NCBI GenBank assembly: GCA_021791545.1
Contig: JAJYWL010000011.1
Span: 1 to 45,889 of the forward strand
Direction: 5' to 3'
DNA: 45,889 bases
From: a bacterium
Lineage (GTDB): Bacteria > Patescibacteriota > Microgenomatia > Levybacterales > UBA12049
Shown here in pieces: positions 1 through 8,085 of the stretch. Numbering within the stretch: position 1 is the first letter of the stretch; each line of letters opens with the position of its first letter. Below the pieces are notes generated by a model, which did not search any database, was not told the DNA's origin, and saw nothing but the letters and a program-made list of their open reading frames with translations. The translations under genes were made by a program, and so were the position numbers.

Positions 1-321
1 TCATTTTTTGTCATGTTTATGTTTAATTCCTTTATCATGTTTATCGTTTCACTTTTGATGATGAGTCTTTCCAACTCAATAGTTCAACCTCTTACGGGAG
101 CAATAATTTCATTGGAGACGGATGCCAAATCCCAGGGTTCTATCTTAGGATTAAGTGTCTCGTATAGCAGTATAGGACAGATCTTAGGACCCATTGTTGG
201 AGCGGCTCTTTCCGGAATATCTCTTTCGGTTCCCTTTTTAGCAAGTTCAATCCTTGTTATTATTTGTGTTGCTATTTCTTTTAGGGCAATAAACCTTAAG
301 AGGAGAGAATCTTCTTTTTAA
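1..321 (+). CDS. MFS transporter, C-terminal part (gene starts before the window)
   Basis: Frame open from position 1; hydrophobic helices with the MFS/TetA-like C-terminal pattern QGSILGL...SIGQILGPIVG. Confidence 0.75.
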   Translation, partial: SFFVMFMFNSFIMFIVSLLMMSLSNSIVQPLTGAIISLETDAKSQGSILGLSVSYSSIGQILGPIVGAALSGISLSVPFLASSILVIICVAISFRAINLKRRESSF

Positions 322-771
322 TTATTTAATGTAGAGATAAATGTTATCTTTTATTTTCTTTTCTTTCCAATGAAGAAATGGGAAGTAATTAAGAACCACT
401 CTTGCTCCGGGTTTTAGTTCTCTTTTAAGTTTCTCTTCAAGTCTTCCCATTATATCCGGCATGGGGTAGCAGCAGATAATGTCATATTTGGATAAATTGG
501 AAAGCCAAAAATCTTCATTTAATAGATTTATATTTTCTAGTCTTTCTTTTACAATGTTTTCCTTTGTTAGAGCTCTTAGTTTTTCGTCTATTTCAAAAGC
601 ATCCATATTCACGCCTTTTTTGGCAAAAGCTATCGAGATTCTTCCGTCTCCTGTTCCTAAATCTGCGCCAAATTCGCCTTTTTGGGGGTTTGCCAAATCC
701 ACCATTGCACTAACCCTATAACGGGAAGTAGTGAAATATGGAATATGTGGTGCACTCGATACTATATCCAT
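322..771 (-). CDS. Small class I SAM-dependent methyltransferase
   Basis: Motif I DLGTGDGR, acidic FEID, and ELKPGARVV. Confidence 0.85.
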   Translation of the reverse strand: MDIVSSAPHIPYFTTSRYRVSAMVDLANPQKGEFGADLGTGDGRISIAFAKKGVNMDAFEIDEKLRALTKENIVKERLENINLLNEDFWLSNLSKYDIICCYPMPDIMGRLEEKLKRELKPGARVVLNYFPFLHWKEKKIKDNIYLYIK

Positions 772-862
772 TGATTAATTTTATCATCTTTCTAAATACT
801 TACTTAAAGTTGAATTGTTTCTGTAATTTTAAAGGTAATATTAATCTCAAAGGAGGTGTAGT

Positions 863-1021
863 ATGGTAGACTTTGGAAATATGGTTCAAGGAGGAGAGGA
901 CGAAATAAAAAATCAGATCGATAATTTGCAGCAAAAGCTTGATGATGCAAAAGACGAAGTTGAGAAAGAGCAATTACGGCAGCAAATTGATGATCTAAAA
1001 CAGAAACTTGAGAATATTTAG
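863..1021 (+). CDS. Unannotated 52-aa acidic coiled-coil microprotein (MVDFGNMVQGGEDEIKNQIDNLQQKLDDAKDEVEKEQLRQQIDDLKQKLENI)
   Basis: Read by hand: AGGAGGTG at 851-858, ATG 863, TAG 1019-1021; fills otherwise empty space; heptad pattern. Confidence 0.75.
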   Translation: MVDFGNMVQGGEDEIKNQIDNLQQKLDDAKDEVEKEQLRQQIDDLKQKLENI

Positions 1022-1236
1022 ATTATTTCAAAAGTCTTTATCTTCGAAGTTTCTCCTGACGTCAAAACCAGATTCGATTTTTTAGTATTTAGATATTTCG
1101 CCAGGGCTTCTAGTATGGCATGGTTTGCTTTTCCTTCAAGTGGAGGTTCTTTTACGTATACGTGAATTGTCCCCAAAAGATCTCCTTCCACTCTTGGTCT
1201 TTTGGAACCCGGATGAGCTATTACTGTTATTCTCAT
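1018..1236 (-). CDS. DUF167 (YggU/UPF0235) family protein
   Basis: VYVKEPPLEGKAN and GETSKIK are typical of DUF167. Confidence 0.9.
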   Translation of the reverse strand: MRITVIAHPGSKRPRVEGDLLGTIHVYVKEPPLEGKANHAILEALAKYLNTKKSNLVLTSGETSKIKTFEII

Positions 1237-1260
1237 TCTTCTATTTTACCACTTAGAGAG

Positions 1261-1902
1261 TTATTTTATGAGGTTTGTAAGAGTATTAAGGATGTCTTGA
1301 AGTCCTTTGACTATGCTACTGAAAGCTGTTTGTGGAACGTTTACTTCAAATTCGGGAGTTGGTGATGCAACTGGTGTTACGGTCGGTGTTGCGGTAGGAC
1401 TGACCGATGGTTCGGGAGTAACAGACGGTTCGGGAGTAACGGTTGGTGTAGAACTTGGTGTAATTGTAGGCGTTATGGTGGGAGTTACTGTTACTTTATT
1501 ATCGTCTTTGTCTTGGTCTTCGTCTTTATCTTCTTTATTTCTATTATCTACAACTATTCTAGTTGCAGTGTAGGTGGAATCTGTTACTGTTCCTTTTATC
1601 ATTGCATACATTCCTGTCGATATGTTTCCTGTTATTTTAGTATTGGAATCTATATTGATCTGAAGAGTACCTAATGTAATAGAGTTGGAAGAGGAAGCAG
1701 TAATCTTTCCTTTTACCATAAAGTTATCATCTTTTATTATTGACTGGAATTTTTCTTTTCCGAAGTCTTCTCTGGAAATCTGTAATCTATCTTGTGTATT
1801 TAATGTAGTTCTTTCCTGATCTTGTGCATACGATGCTGCGCTTATTAAAGAAAGAAATAGTGCTGTAGAGATTGTAAAAATTATTAAATATTTTTTGCTC
1901 AT
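1261..1902 (-). CDS. Secreted protein with DUF5666-like beta domain and Pro/Thr-rich repeat linker
   Basis: N-terminal signal peptide; VKGKITA...TKITG...IKG...ATRI pattern; repeated TPTITP/VTPEPS units. Confidence 0.7.
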   Translation of the reverse strand: MSKKYLIIFTISTALFLSLISAASYAQDQERTTLNTQDRLQISREDFGKEKFQSIIKDDNFMVKGKITASSSNSITLGTLQINIDSNTKITGNISTGMYAMIKGTVTDSTYTATRIVVDNRNKEDKDEDQDKDDNKVTVTPTITPTITPSSTPTVTPEPSVTPEPSVSPTATPTVTPVASPTPEFEVNVPQTAFSSIVKGLQDILNTLTNLIK

Positions 1903-1909
1903 GTAATAT

Positions 1910-1936
1910 ATAACGAAAGTTTAATTTTTTCGTTAC
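1910..1936. promoter_or_regulatory. Palindromic, potentially bidirectional ECF sigma promoter (TAAC-N16-CGTTA on both strands)
   Basis: TAACGAAA (1911-1918) and TTTCGTTA (1928-1935) form an inverted repeat; minus strand reads GTAAC-N16-CGTTA, plus strand ATAAC-N16-CGTTA. Confidence 0.65.
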
Positions 1937-1961
1937 ATGTATTAGTGATACAATATGCCGA

Positions 1962-2471
1962 ATGAGATTTTCAGAAGATTTCGACGCTATATATATAAGG
2001 TATTCCGACCAGTTATACAGATATATCTATACGAGTGTTAAGGATGCATATCTGGCAGAAGACCTTACGGGAGAAGTATTTCTGAGAGTTTGGAAAAAAT
2101 GGAAAGATATAAAGCAAGACTTTATACAAGCACTTTTATATAAAACGGCAAAGAATATAGTAATAGACTATTATAGAAGCCGTAAAAATAAAAAGAATGT
2201 ATCTTTGGAAGAGACTGTTGAGATGGGTCTTGAACCCTCTTACGACGAAGATCTGATAGAAAAAATTAATAAAGATACAAATATACAAATGATAACCGGT
2301 GCCATGAGTAAATTACCGGAAAATCTAAAAGAAGTTTTAGTTTTAAGATTTGTAAATGATTTATCGGCAAAAGAGGCAGGTGAAATCCTAAACATAAGCG
2401 AAGGTAATGTAAGAGTATTACAGTATAGGGCACTTAATAAATTAAAGGAGGTTTTAAAAAATGGAAAATGA
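1962..2471 (+). CDS. ECF-subfamily RNA polymerase sigma factor
   Basis: Region 2 AEDLTGEVFLRVW...LYKTAKNIVIDYYR and region 4 HTH LSAKEAGEILNISEGNVRVLQYRAL. Confidence 0.95.
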   Translation: MRFSEDFDAIYIRYSDQLYRYIYTSVKDAYLAEDLTGEVFLRVWKKWKDIKQDFIQALLYKTAKNIVIDYYRSRKNKKNVSLEETVEMGLEPSYDEDLIEKINKDTNIQMITGAMSKLPENLKEVLVLRFVNDLSAKEAGEILNISEGNVRVLQYRALNKLKEVLKNGK

Positions 2472-3111
2472 ACTTATTAAAGAATTATTAAAAAGCGGTG
2501 CTTCGTCTAAAGAAGCAGAAGAGCTTAGTCAGTTAACTAAAGTTTTTGACGGGCTAAAAGTAGAAAGAAGCTATCTTCTTAAAAGAAAATTTCTTGAAGG
2601 AGAGATACGGGAACAGAAAAGGTTTATCCCCAGATGGTTTCTTGCTCCTGCCCTTGCTTTTGCATTAGTTATCTTAGTGGGAGGACTTACTGCAGCTAAG
2701 GCTCAGTCAAGTCTTCCGGGAGATCCTCTTTATCCATTAAAAAGAGCAACAGAGGAAGCTATTTCCATAATTGATCCGTCTTTTAATAACCAGATTCTCC
2801 AAAGAAGAAGTGAGGAAGTAGAAAAAGTATCGCAACAAGAAAGTCCTAAAAAACTTAATAAAGCGGTAGGGGAATATAAGAAAGCTCTGGAAAATGAAAA
2901 TGTTTCAGACAAAACGATTGAAGAAAGCCAGAAAAAACTCGAGAAAGTAGAAGAGACTGTAAAAGAGCAGGATAAAGAAAAGATTAAGAATCTCATACAG
3001 GAATCCGAAAAGAAACAAGAGGAAGTTAAAAAGAAAATAGAAGATCAGAATAAAGACAATCAAATAAAAGATAACGAGGATTTAAAAATAAAAAACTCTA
3101 CAGAATTTTAA
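2461..3111 (+). CDS. Putative membrane anti-sigma factor with DUF5667-like domain
   Basis: Overlaps the sigma stop; single TM helix followed by AQSSLPGDPLYPLKRATE and a coiled coil. Confidence 0.75.
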   Translation: MENELIKELLKSGASSKEAEELSQLTKVFDGLKVERSYLLKRKFLEGEIREQKRFIPRWFLAPALAFALVILVGGLTAAKAQSSLPGDPLYPLKRATEEAISIIDPSFNNQILQRRSEEVEKVSQQESPKKLNKAVGEYKKALENENVSDKTIEESQKKLEKVEETVKEQDKEKIKNLIQESEKKQEEVKKKIEDQNKDNQIKDNEDLKIKNSTEF

Positions 3112-3644
3112 ATTGTTCCGCAAAGTTTAAGAAGTTTTTCTACGGTATTGAAATTTCTTATTGTTATTAATTTGTATGTAGGTTTTCCTATGTGTCTTGA
3201 AAGTCTGCTTTTAGTTATTCCTTCTAAGGTCGTAGACATATAGATTACTCCTGGACCCTTGTCTATTGAGTCTACGCCTTCTTTTGTCTCCATTTCTTTT
3301 ATGACATCTTCGGGTTTATTAGGTTTTTTGATAAAAGCTACATATTTTCTTAAATCATTTGTTTCCTTCCAGGTTTTTGGAGCGTTATCTGTTATATTTT
3401 TAAGTTCATCAGATGAGACCGTTACGATTGAAGATGAAACATTAAGATTCTTTAATATTTTTCTTTCTAGCTCTTCTGTTATTTTTTCTATATTCTCTTC
3501 TGTTTCAAAAAGTACATTCCCGCTATTGATATATGTTCTAACGTTTCTTAATCCTTCTTTCTCAAATATTATTTTAAGGTCCGACATTTTCACCTTATTA
3601 TTTCCGCCTACGTTAATGCCTCTTAAAAGTGCTACATATTTCAT
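3108..3644 (-). CDS. DUF1697 family protein
   Basis: MKYVALLRGINVGG...VRTYINSGN...TIRNFNTV signature. Confidence 0.92.
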   Translation of the reverse strand: MKYVALLRGINVGGNNKVKMSDLKIIFEKEGLRNVRTYINSGNVLFETEENIEKITEELERKILKNLNVSSSIVTVSSDELKNITDNAPKTWKETNDLRKYVAFIKKPNKPEDVIKEMETKEGVDSIDKGPGVIYMSTTLEGITKSRLSRHIGKPTYKLITIRNFNTVEKLLKLCGTI

Positions 3645-3695
3645 ATTTTAAGTTTAGCACACAATTTAAAGGGATCTTTTTGCTATAATCTTCAC

Positions 3696-4763
3696 ATGAG
3701 TTTATCTATCGGAATTGTAGGTCTTCCGAATGTAGGGAAGTCTACGTTATTTAACGCCTTATTAAAAAAACAAACTGCTTTTGTTGCTAATTATCCCTTT
3801 GCAACAATAGAACCCAATATTGGGGTGGTTCCTGTGAATGATAAAAGACTCATATTACTTAGCCAAATAACACAATCCGAACATAAAATGTCTACGCCTC
3901 CACCTATAATTCCTGCGACGGTTTCCTTTGTAGATATTGCCGGGTTGGTAAGAGGAGCCGCAGAGGGGGAAGGTTTGGGAAACAAGTTTTTATCCCATAT
4001 AAGAGAAGTGGATGCAATTGCACAGGTCGTAAGGCATTTTAAAAACGAAAACATAATAAGACATGAGAGTTCTGAAAATCCAAAATCTGATTTTGAAGTA
4101 GTAAATACAGAACTCATTCTTGCCGATTTGGAAACATTAAATAAACAACCAGAGCCAAGAGGAAATGCTTCTAAGGAAGATTTACTGCGCTTTTTAGCTG
4201 TTCAAAAACTAAAGGATGCTTTAAATCAGGGAAAACTTGCAAAAGATGTGGAACTTACCGATGACGAAAAAGAAGTGGCAAGAGATTTACATCTTTTAAC
4301 TTCAAAGCCAATGTTTATTATTGCAAACGTTGATGAAGAAGATTTAACAAAAGACTTCGGTCCTGACACTATTGCTGTCTGTGCAAAAACAGAACAGGAG
4401 CTTTCCGAACTTTCGGAAGAAGAGCAAAAAGATTATCTTAAATCTTTAGGAGTCGATGAATCAGGACTGGAAAGGGTAATTGCAGAAGGATATAAAATTC
4501 TTGATTTAATTTCATTCTTAACAGCAGGAGAAAAAGAGGTAAGGGCATGGACAATAAAGAAGGGAACAAACGCGCAAAACTCTGCAGGAGTAATCCATAC
4601 CGATTTCATTAAAGGTTTTATAAAAGCGGAAGTAGTAGCATATGACGACTTTGTAGAAAACAAGGGTTGGAAAGGATCAAGAGAAGCTGGAAAAACAAGA
4701 TTTGAAGGAAAAGAATATATTGTAAAAGACGGAGACGTTATAGAGTTTAAGATCAATTCTTAG
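3696..4763 (+). CDS. ychF: Redox-regulated ATPase YchF
   Basis: GIVGLPNVGKST, ANYPFATIEPN, DIAGLV, and C-terminal TGS EGKEYIVKDGD. Confidence 0.97.
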   Translation: MSLSIGIVGLPNVGKSTLFNALLKKQTAFVANYPFATIEPNIGVVPVNDKRLILLSQITQSEHKMSTPPPIIPATVSFVDIAGLVRGAAEGEGLGNKFLSHIREVDAIAQVVRHFKNENIIRHESSENPKSDFEVVNTELILADLETLNKQPEPRGNASKEDLLRFLAVQKLKDALNQGKLAKDVELTDDEKEVARDLHLLTSKPMFIIANVDEEDLTKDFGPDTIAVCAKTEQELSELSEEEQKDYLKSLGVDESGLERVIAEGYKILDLISFLTAGEKEVRAWTIKKGTNAQNSAGVIHTDFIKGFIKAEVVAYDDFVENKGWKGSREAGKTRFEGKEYIVKDGDVIEFKINS

Positions 4764-5311
4764 GGTTTTTCGAAATGCATGTAGTCAACTCTGTCTGTCC
4801 AATCTCCACCCCATTCCCACCCTCTTTCCTTGAAAAATTTAACAATAGGAGAATCACCAGTAAGTGTTCCAGATAGAGAAGGATTGTATTTTGCTCCCTC
4901 TGGCTTTCTGAAGTCTCCTCTTATGTATGGGTTAGTCATCGGATTGATGTCTATTGCTCGTCCGTACGCATGTTTAGATAATTCATTAGGGTTTGATGTG
5001 TTTACTCTATAAAAAAATCCTGCAGAAGTTTCAGTTGAGGTTGATGTTGGGTCGACAAGGGAGATAGGAAAGTGTGTTTCTCTTATAACCTTGAAAGCCT
5101 CCTTAACGTCTTCAGCAAGATCTTGATCTATCACATATTGTCCTTTATGTAGTTTTCCGTCAAAAGAATAATACTCAACAGGAATGAGTCTTTGTCTTTG
5201 TACTATTTCAATAGGAGGCGTGGAAGTCTGACAGTGAATTATTGCTTCTTCTAATGTGCATGAGGAATCAATTATTACATCTTGTTTTGCAATTTCATCT
5301 TCGGGAGTCAT
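4760..5311 (-). CDS. M15 family zinc metallopeptidase (peptidoglycan peptidase-like)
   Basis: SKHAYGRAIDINP and WGGDW...DYMHFE motifs. Confidence 0.88.
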   Translation of the reverse strand: MTPEDEIAKQDVIIDSSCTLEEAIIHCQTSTPPIEIVQRQRLIPVEYYSFDGKLHKGQYVIDQDLAEDVKEAFKVIRETHFPISLVDPTSTSTETSAGFFYRVNTSNPNELSKHAYGRAIDINPMTNPYIRGDFRKPEGAKYNPSLSGTLTGDSPIVKFFKERGWEWGGDWTDRVDYMHFEKP

Positions 5312-5348
5312 ATAATCACACTATAATAAGAGAAATTATTATAGTCAA

Positions 5349-6284
5349 ATGACAGAAGATACAGCAGAGCAGCAGAACATATTCTTAACAGAAATAAACC
5401 CTGATCAAAGTAAAGAAGATTATTATAGAGAAAAGCTTGGGGGGATGGTCCCCGAAGCTTTTTTTGTTTTAGGCGGAGGAAACAGAAGAATTGAGGAGAA
5501 AGGGGGAAGAGTGTGGTATAAAACTTCACCTTATAAAGGTGCCTTTTGGAACGGCAATGCAGGTAACGGGAATGGACAAGAAGTTAAACCGAAAGCAGGG
5601 GGAGCAAAACCAAGGCCGATTGCAGCAGTAGAGCTTAGTGGTTTTTATCCTAATGCAAAAATTGTAACAATGAGTCATAGACCGGGAACCTTGTATCAAA
5701 TGTCGGAACAGACAACACAAACTCAAGTGCAGCCTCCTTTTGCAGACGTCCTTGCAAGTGACATGGAAAGACTAGGATTACCTTCGGAGAGAGTAGTAAA
5801 AGAACCGGAATCAACGTCAACATTAACAGAAATGATGGAAGTGTTTAAGCTGGCTGCCGAAAATAATTGGGAAAATGTAGCTGTTATAACTAACGATTAT
5901 CAAATAGAAAGAGCGCAAACAATTATAGATATGCTAAAAGATGAAGGAAAATTACAGGGACTTAGGGATAGACTTGGTACTCTTTTTAACACTCGGGAAG
6001 AACAGGAGGCTTTTATGAGACAATGGCAAAAGCTTGAAGAGGCCATAGGAAAAACACGGGAGAAAGGCCTTAACATAAATTTTATCTCTGCTGAGGATGT
6101 CCTAAGAAAAAGAAATCATTTATATGACAGAATGATTAAAGGATTAATTGAGACTATACAGTATAAAAATGTAGTGGAAGGCGAGAGGGTAGGAAACGAT
6201 AATATCAAAGCAGGAACATATAACTGGGCTCAGCCTACTTTTAAGGAATATATTATGTCTTTGGAAAGCAAGGCATTTAACTAA
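5349..6284 (+). CDS. YdcF/DUF218-like protein (divergent)
   Basis: FFVLGGG, EPESTSTLTE and VITNDYQIERA resemble DUF218 motifs. Confidence 0.6.
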   Translation: MTEDTAEQQNIFLTEINPDQSKEDYYREKLGGMVPEAFFVLGGGNRRIEEKGGRVWYKTSPYKGAFWNGNAGNGNGQEVKPKAGGAKPRPIAAVELSGFYPNAKIVTMSHRPGTLYQMSEQTTQTQVQPPFADVLASDMERLGLPSERVVKEPESTSTLTEMMEVFKLAAENNWENVAVITNDYQIERAQTIIDMLKDEGKLQGLRDRLGTLFNTREEQEAFMRQWQKLEEAIGKTREKGLNINFISAEDVLRKRNHLYDRMIKGLIETIQYKNVVEGERVGNDNIKAGTYNWAQPTFKEYIMSLESKAFN

Positions 6285-6329
6285 CTTCTTATTGATTTAG
6301 AAGCTCATCTTTGATAACATATACAGGAC

Positions 6330-6605
6330 ATGCGAAAGTACGAATTAGTTTTGGTTTTGAAGACTTCATTGTCTGAAGCACAAAGAAAAAAAGTCATAGA
6401 TACTTTTAAAAGTTGGCTTAAAGACGCAAAGTTTACAAAAGAAGAAGAATGGGGACAAAAAGCCTTGGCTTACCCAATAAATAAAGAAGTTTCGGGATAC
6501 TATGTAGATTTTGTGGTAGAATTGGAAAATATTCCATCCGATTTTGAAAAAAGAGTTCAAACAAATGAAGATGTTTTAAGACATCTTTTGGTAAGAGTTA
6601 AATAA
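6330..6605 (+). CDS. rpsF: 30S ribosomal protein S6
   Basis: MRKYEL, WGQKALAYPINK, VLRHL; synteny with ssb and rpsR. Confidence 0.95.
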   Translation: MRKYELVLVLKTSLSEAQRKKVIDTFKSWLKDAKFTKEEEWGQKALAYPINKEVSGYYVDFVVELENIPSDFEKRVQTNEDVLRHLLVRVK

Positions 6606-6606
6606 T

Positions 6607-7080
6607 ATGGCAAGAAGCTTAAATAGAGTCCAATTAATAGGAAACTTAACAAGAGATCCTGAACTCAGGTACACACCTAGCGGATCCGCTGTTTGCTCTT
6701 TTAGTCTTGCAACAAACAGAAGCTGGACAACAGATACGGGTGAGAAAAAAGAAGAAGCAGAATTCCATAGAATCGTTGCCTGGAATAAGTTGGCAGAACT
6801 TTGTTCACAGTTTTTGACAAAGGGAAGAAAAGTATATCTAGAAGGAAGACTTTCAACAAGAAACTGGAACGCACAGGACGGAACACAAAAAACAACGACA
6901 GAGATAATAATAAACGACATGATTCTTTTGGACAATAAAGGAAAATCCGAAGGTGAAACCGAAGTCCATGAAGAACCAGTAGAGAAACAAGAGAAAAAAT
7001 CAAAGAAAGAAGAGGAGCCAGTAGAAGAGCCGGTTGAAACACCCTCGGAAGATATTGCTCCGGATGATATACCTTTCTAA
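6607..7080 (+). CDS. ssb: Single-stranded DNA-binding protein
   Basis: LNRVQLIGNLTRDPELRYT; C-terminal DDIPF. Confidence 0.97.
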   Translation: MARSLNRVQLIGNLTRDPELRYTPSGSAVCSFSLATNRSWTTDTGEKKEEAEFHRIVAWNKLAELCSQFLTKGRKVYLEGRLSTRNWNAQDGTQKTTTEIIINDMILLDNKGKSEGETEVHEEPVEKQEKKSKKEEEPVEEPVETPSEDIAPDDIPF

Positions 7081-7095
7081 TTAAGGAAATAAAAT

Positions 7096-7341
7096 ATGGC
7101 AAAGAAAAAGATAAAAAGAAGATTACAGAAAAATAATGCACCAAAGACGTGTTATTTTGACGTAGAGAAAAAAGAACCTACATTTGCTGATACAGCAGTC
7201 ATACAAAGATTTCTTACCGAAAGGGCAAAGATAATCCCAAGGTCAAGAAGTGGCCTCTGCGAAAAGCACCAGAAAAGATTAACTCTGGCAGTAAAACAGG
7301 CAAGATTTCTTGCTTTACTGCCTTTTGTTGTAAAGGTTTAA
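7096..7341 (+). CDS. rpsR: 30S ribosomal protein S18
   Basis: FLTERAKIIPR...HQKRLTLAVKQARFLALLPF. Confidence 0.95.
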   Translation: MAKKKIKRRLQKNNAPKTCYFDVEKKEPTFADTAVIQRFLTERAKIIPRSRSGLCEKHQKRLTLAVKQARFLALLPFVVKV

Positions 7342-7344
7342 CAA

Positions 7345-8085
7345 ATGAGTTTACTGCCTATACTTCTCCAAGACGGCGATTATGTTTTGAAAGTTAAAGC
7401 CGGAGATAAAGTTCAAGCCGGAGATATTCTTGCTCTCAAAAAAGCAAAACAAAAGGAAGAAGTAATACATCTTTTCAAAAATTACTCCATAAATCTTCAG
7501 AAAGACAAAAAATCATTAAAGAAAAACCTCGGTGATTTTATTGAAGAAAATGAAATATTAGCCGTAAAATCTTCATTTTTGGGAGGAAAAAAAGTTTTAA
7601 GCCCTTTCTCAGGAACAATAATAAAAATAGATGAAGAGCGCGGAGACGTATATATAAGGACAGCCTCCGAGGAAGTTGCGGAAAAAGTGATTTCTCCTGT
7701 AGACGGAGAAGTAGATTTCTGTAATAATGAAAAAATCGTTATTAAATCCTCGGGAGATGCAATCCATGCAGAGCTTGCGACGGGAGAAGATAGTGAGGGA
7801 GAGACCCAAGTTGTCGATAACGAAGATAAGCTTACAGAAACTTTAAAGGATAAAATAATTCTTGTAAGAAACGGCGGAAGATTGTTAACTTTTAAAGCGA
7901 TAGGAGTAGGGGCAAAAGGTTTAATCTTTGCCGATGCCGACCAGGATATTTTTGAAGAATTGTTGGAAAAGAGAATAAAAATACCTGTCCTTAAAGTCGG
8001 AGAAGAAAATTTTGAAAAATTACAGAAAAAAGCAGGGGAGAAAGTTATACTTAAACCCCAAGAAAAATCAATAACAAGAGTATGA
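7345..8085 (+). CDS. Hypothetical protein with repeated barrel-sandwich-hybrid (biotinyl/lipoyl-like) half-domains
   Basis: VKAGDKVQAGDILA, VLSPFSGTI and VISPVDGEV patterns. Confidence 0.55.
   Translation: MSLLPILLQDGDYVLKVKAGDKVQAGDILALKKAKQKEEVIHLFKNYSINLQKDKKSLKKNLGDFIEENEILAVKSSFLGGKKVLSPFSGTIIKIDEERGDVYIRTASEEVAEKVISPVDGEVDFCNNEKIVIKSSGDAIHAELATGEDSEGETQVVDNEDKLTETLKDKIILVRNGGRLLTFKAIGVGAKGLIFADADQDIFEELLEKRIKIPVLKVGEENFEKLQKKAGEKVILKPQEKSITRV

Noticed and set aside
1370-1495. Short tandem-like repeats (and similar ones at 24120-24400) considered as a CRISPR array
   Set aside because: Codon-level repeats of Pro/Thr- or Pro/Glu-rich peptides; no constant repeat-spacer period and no cas genes
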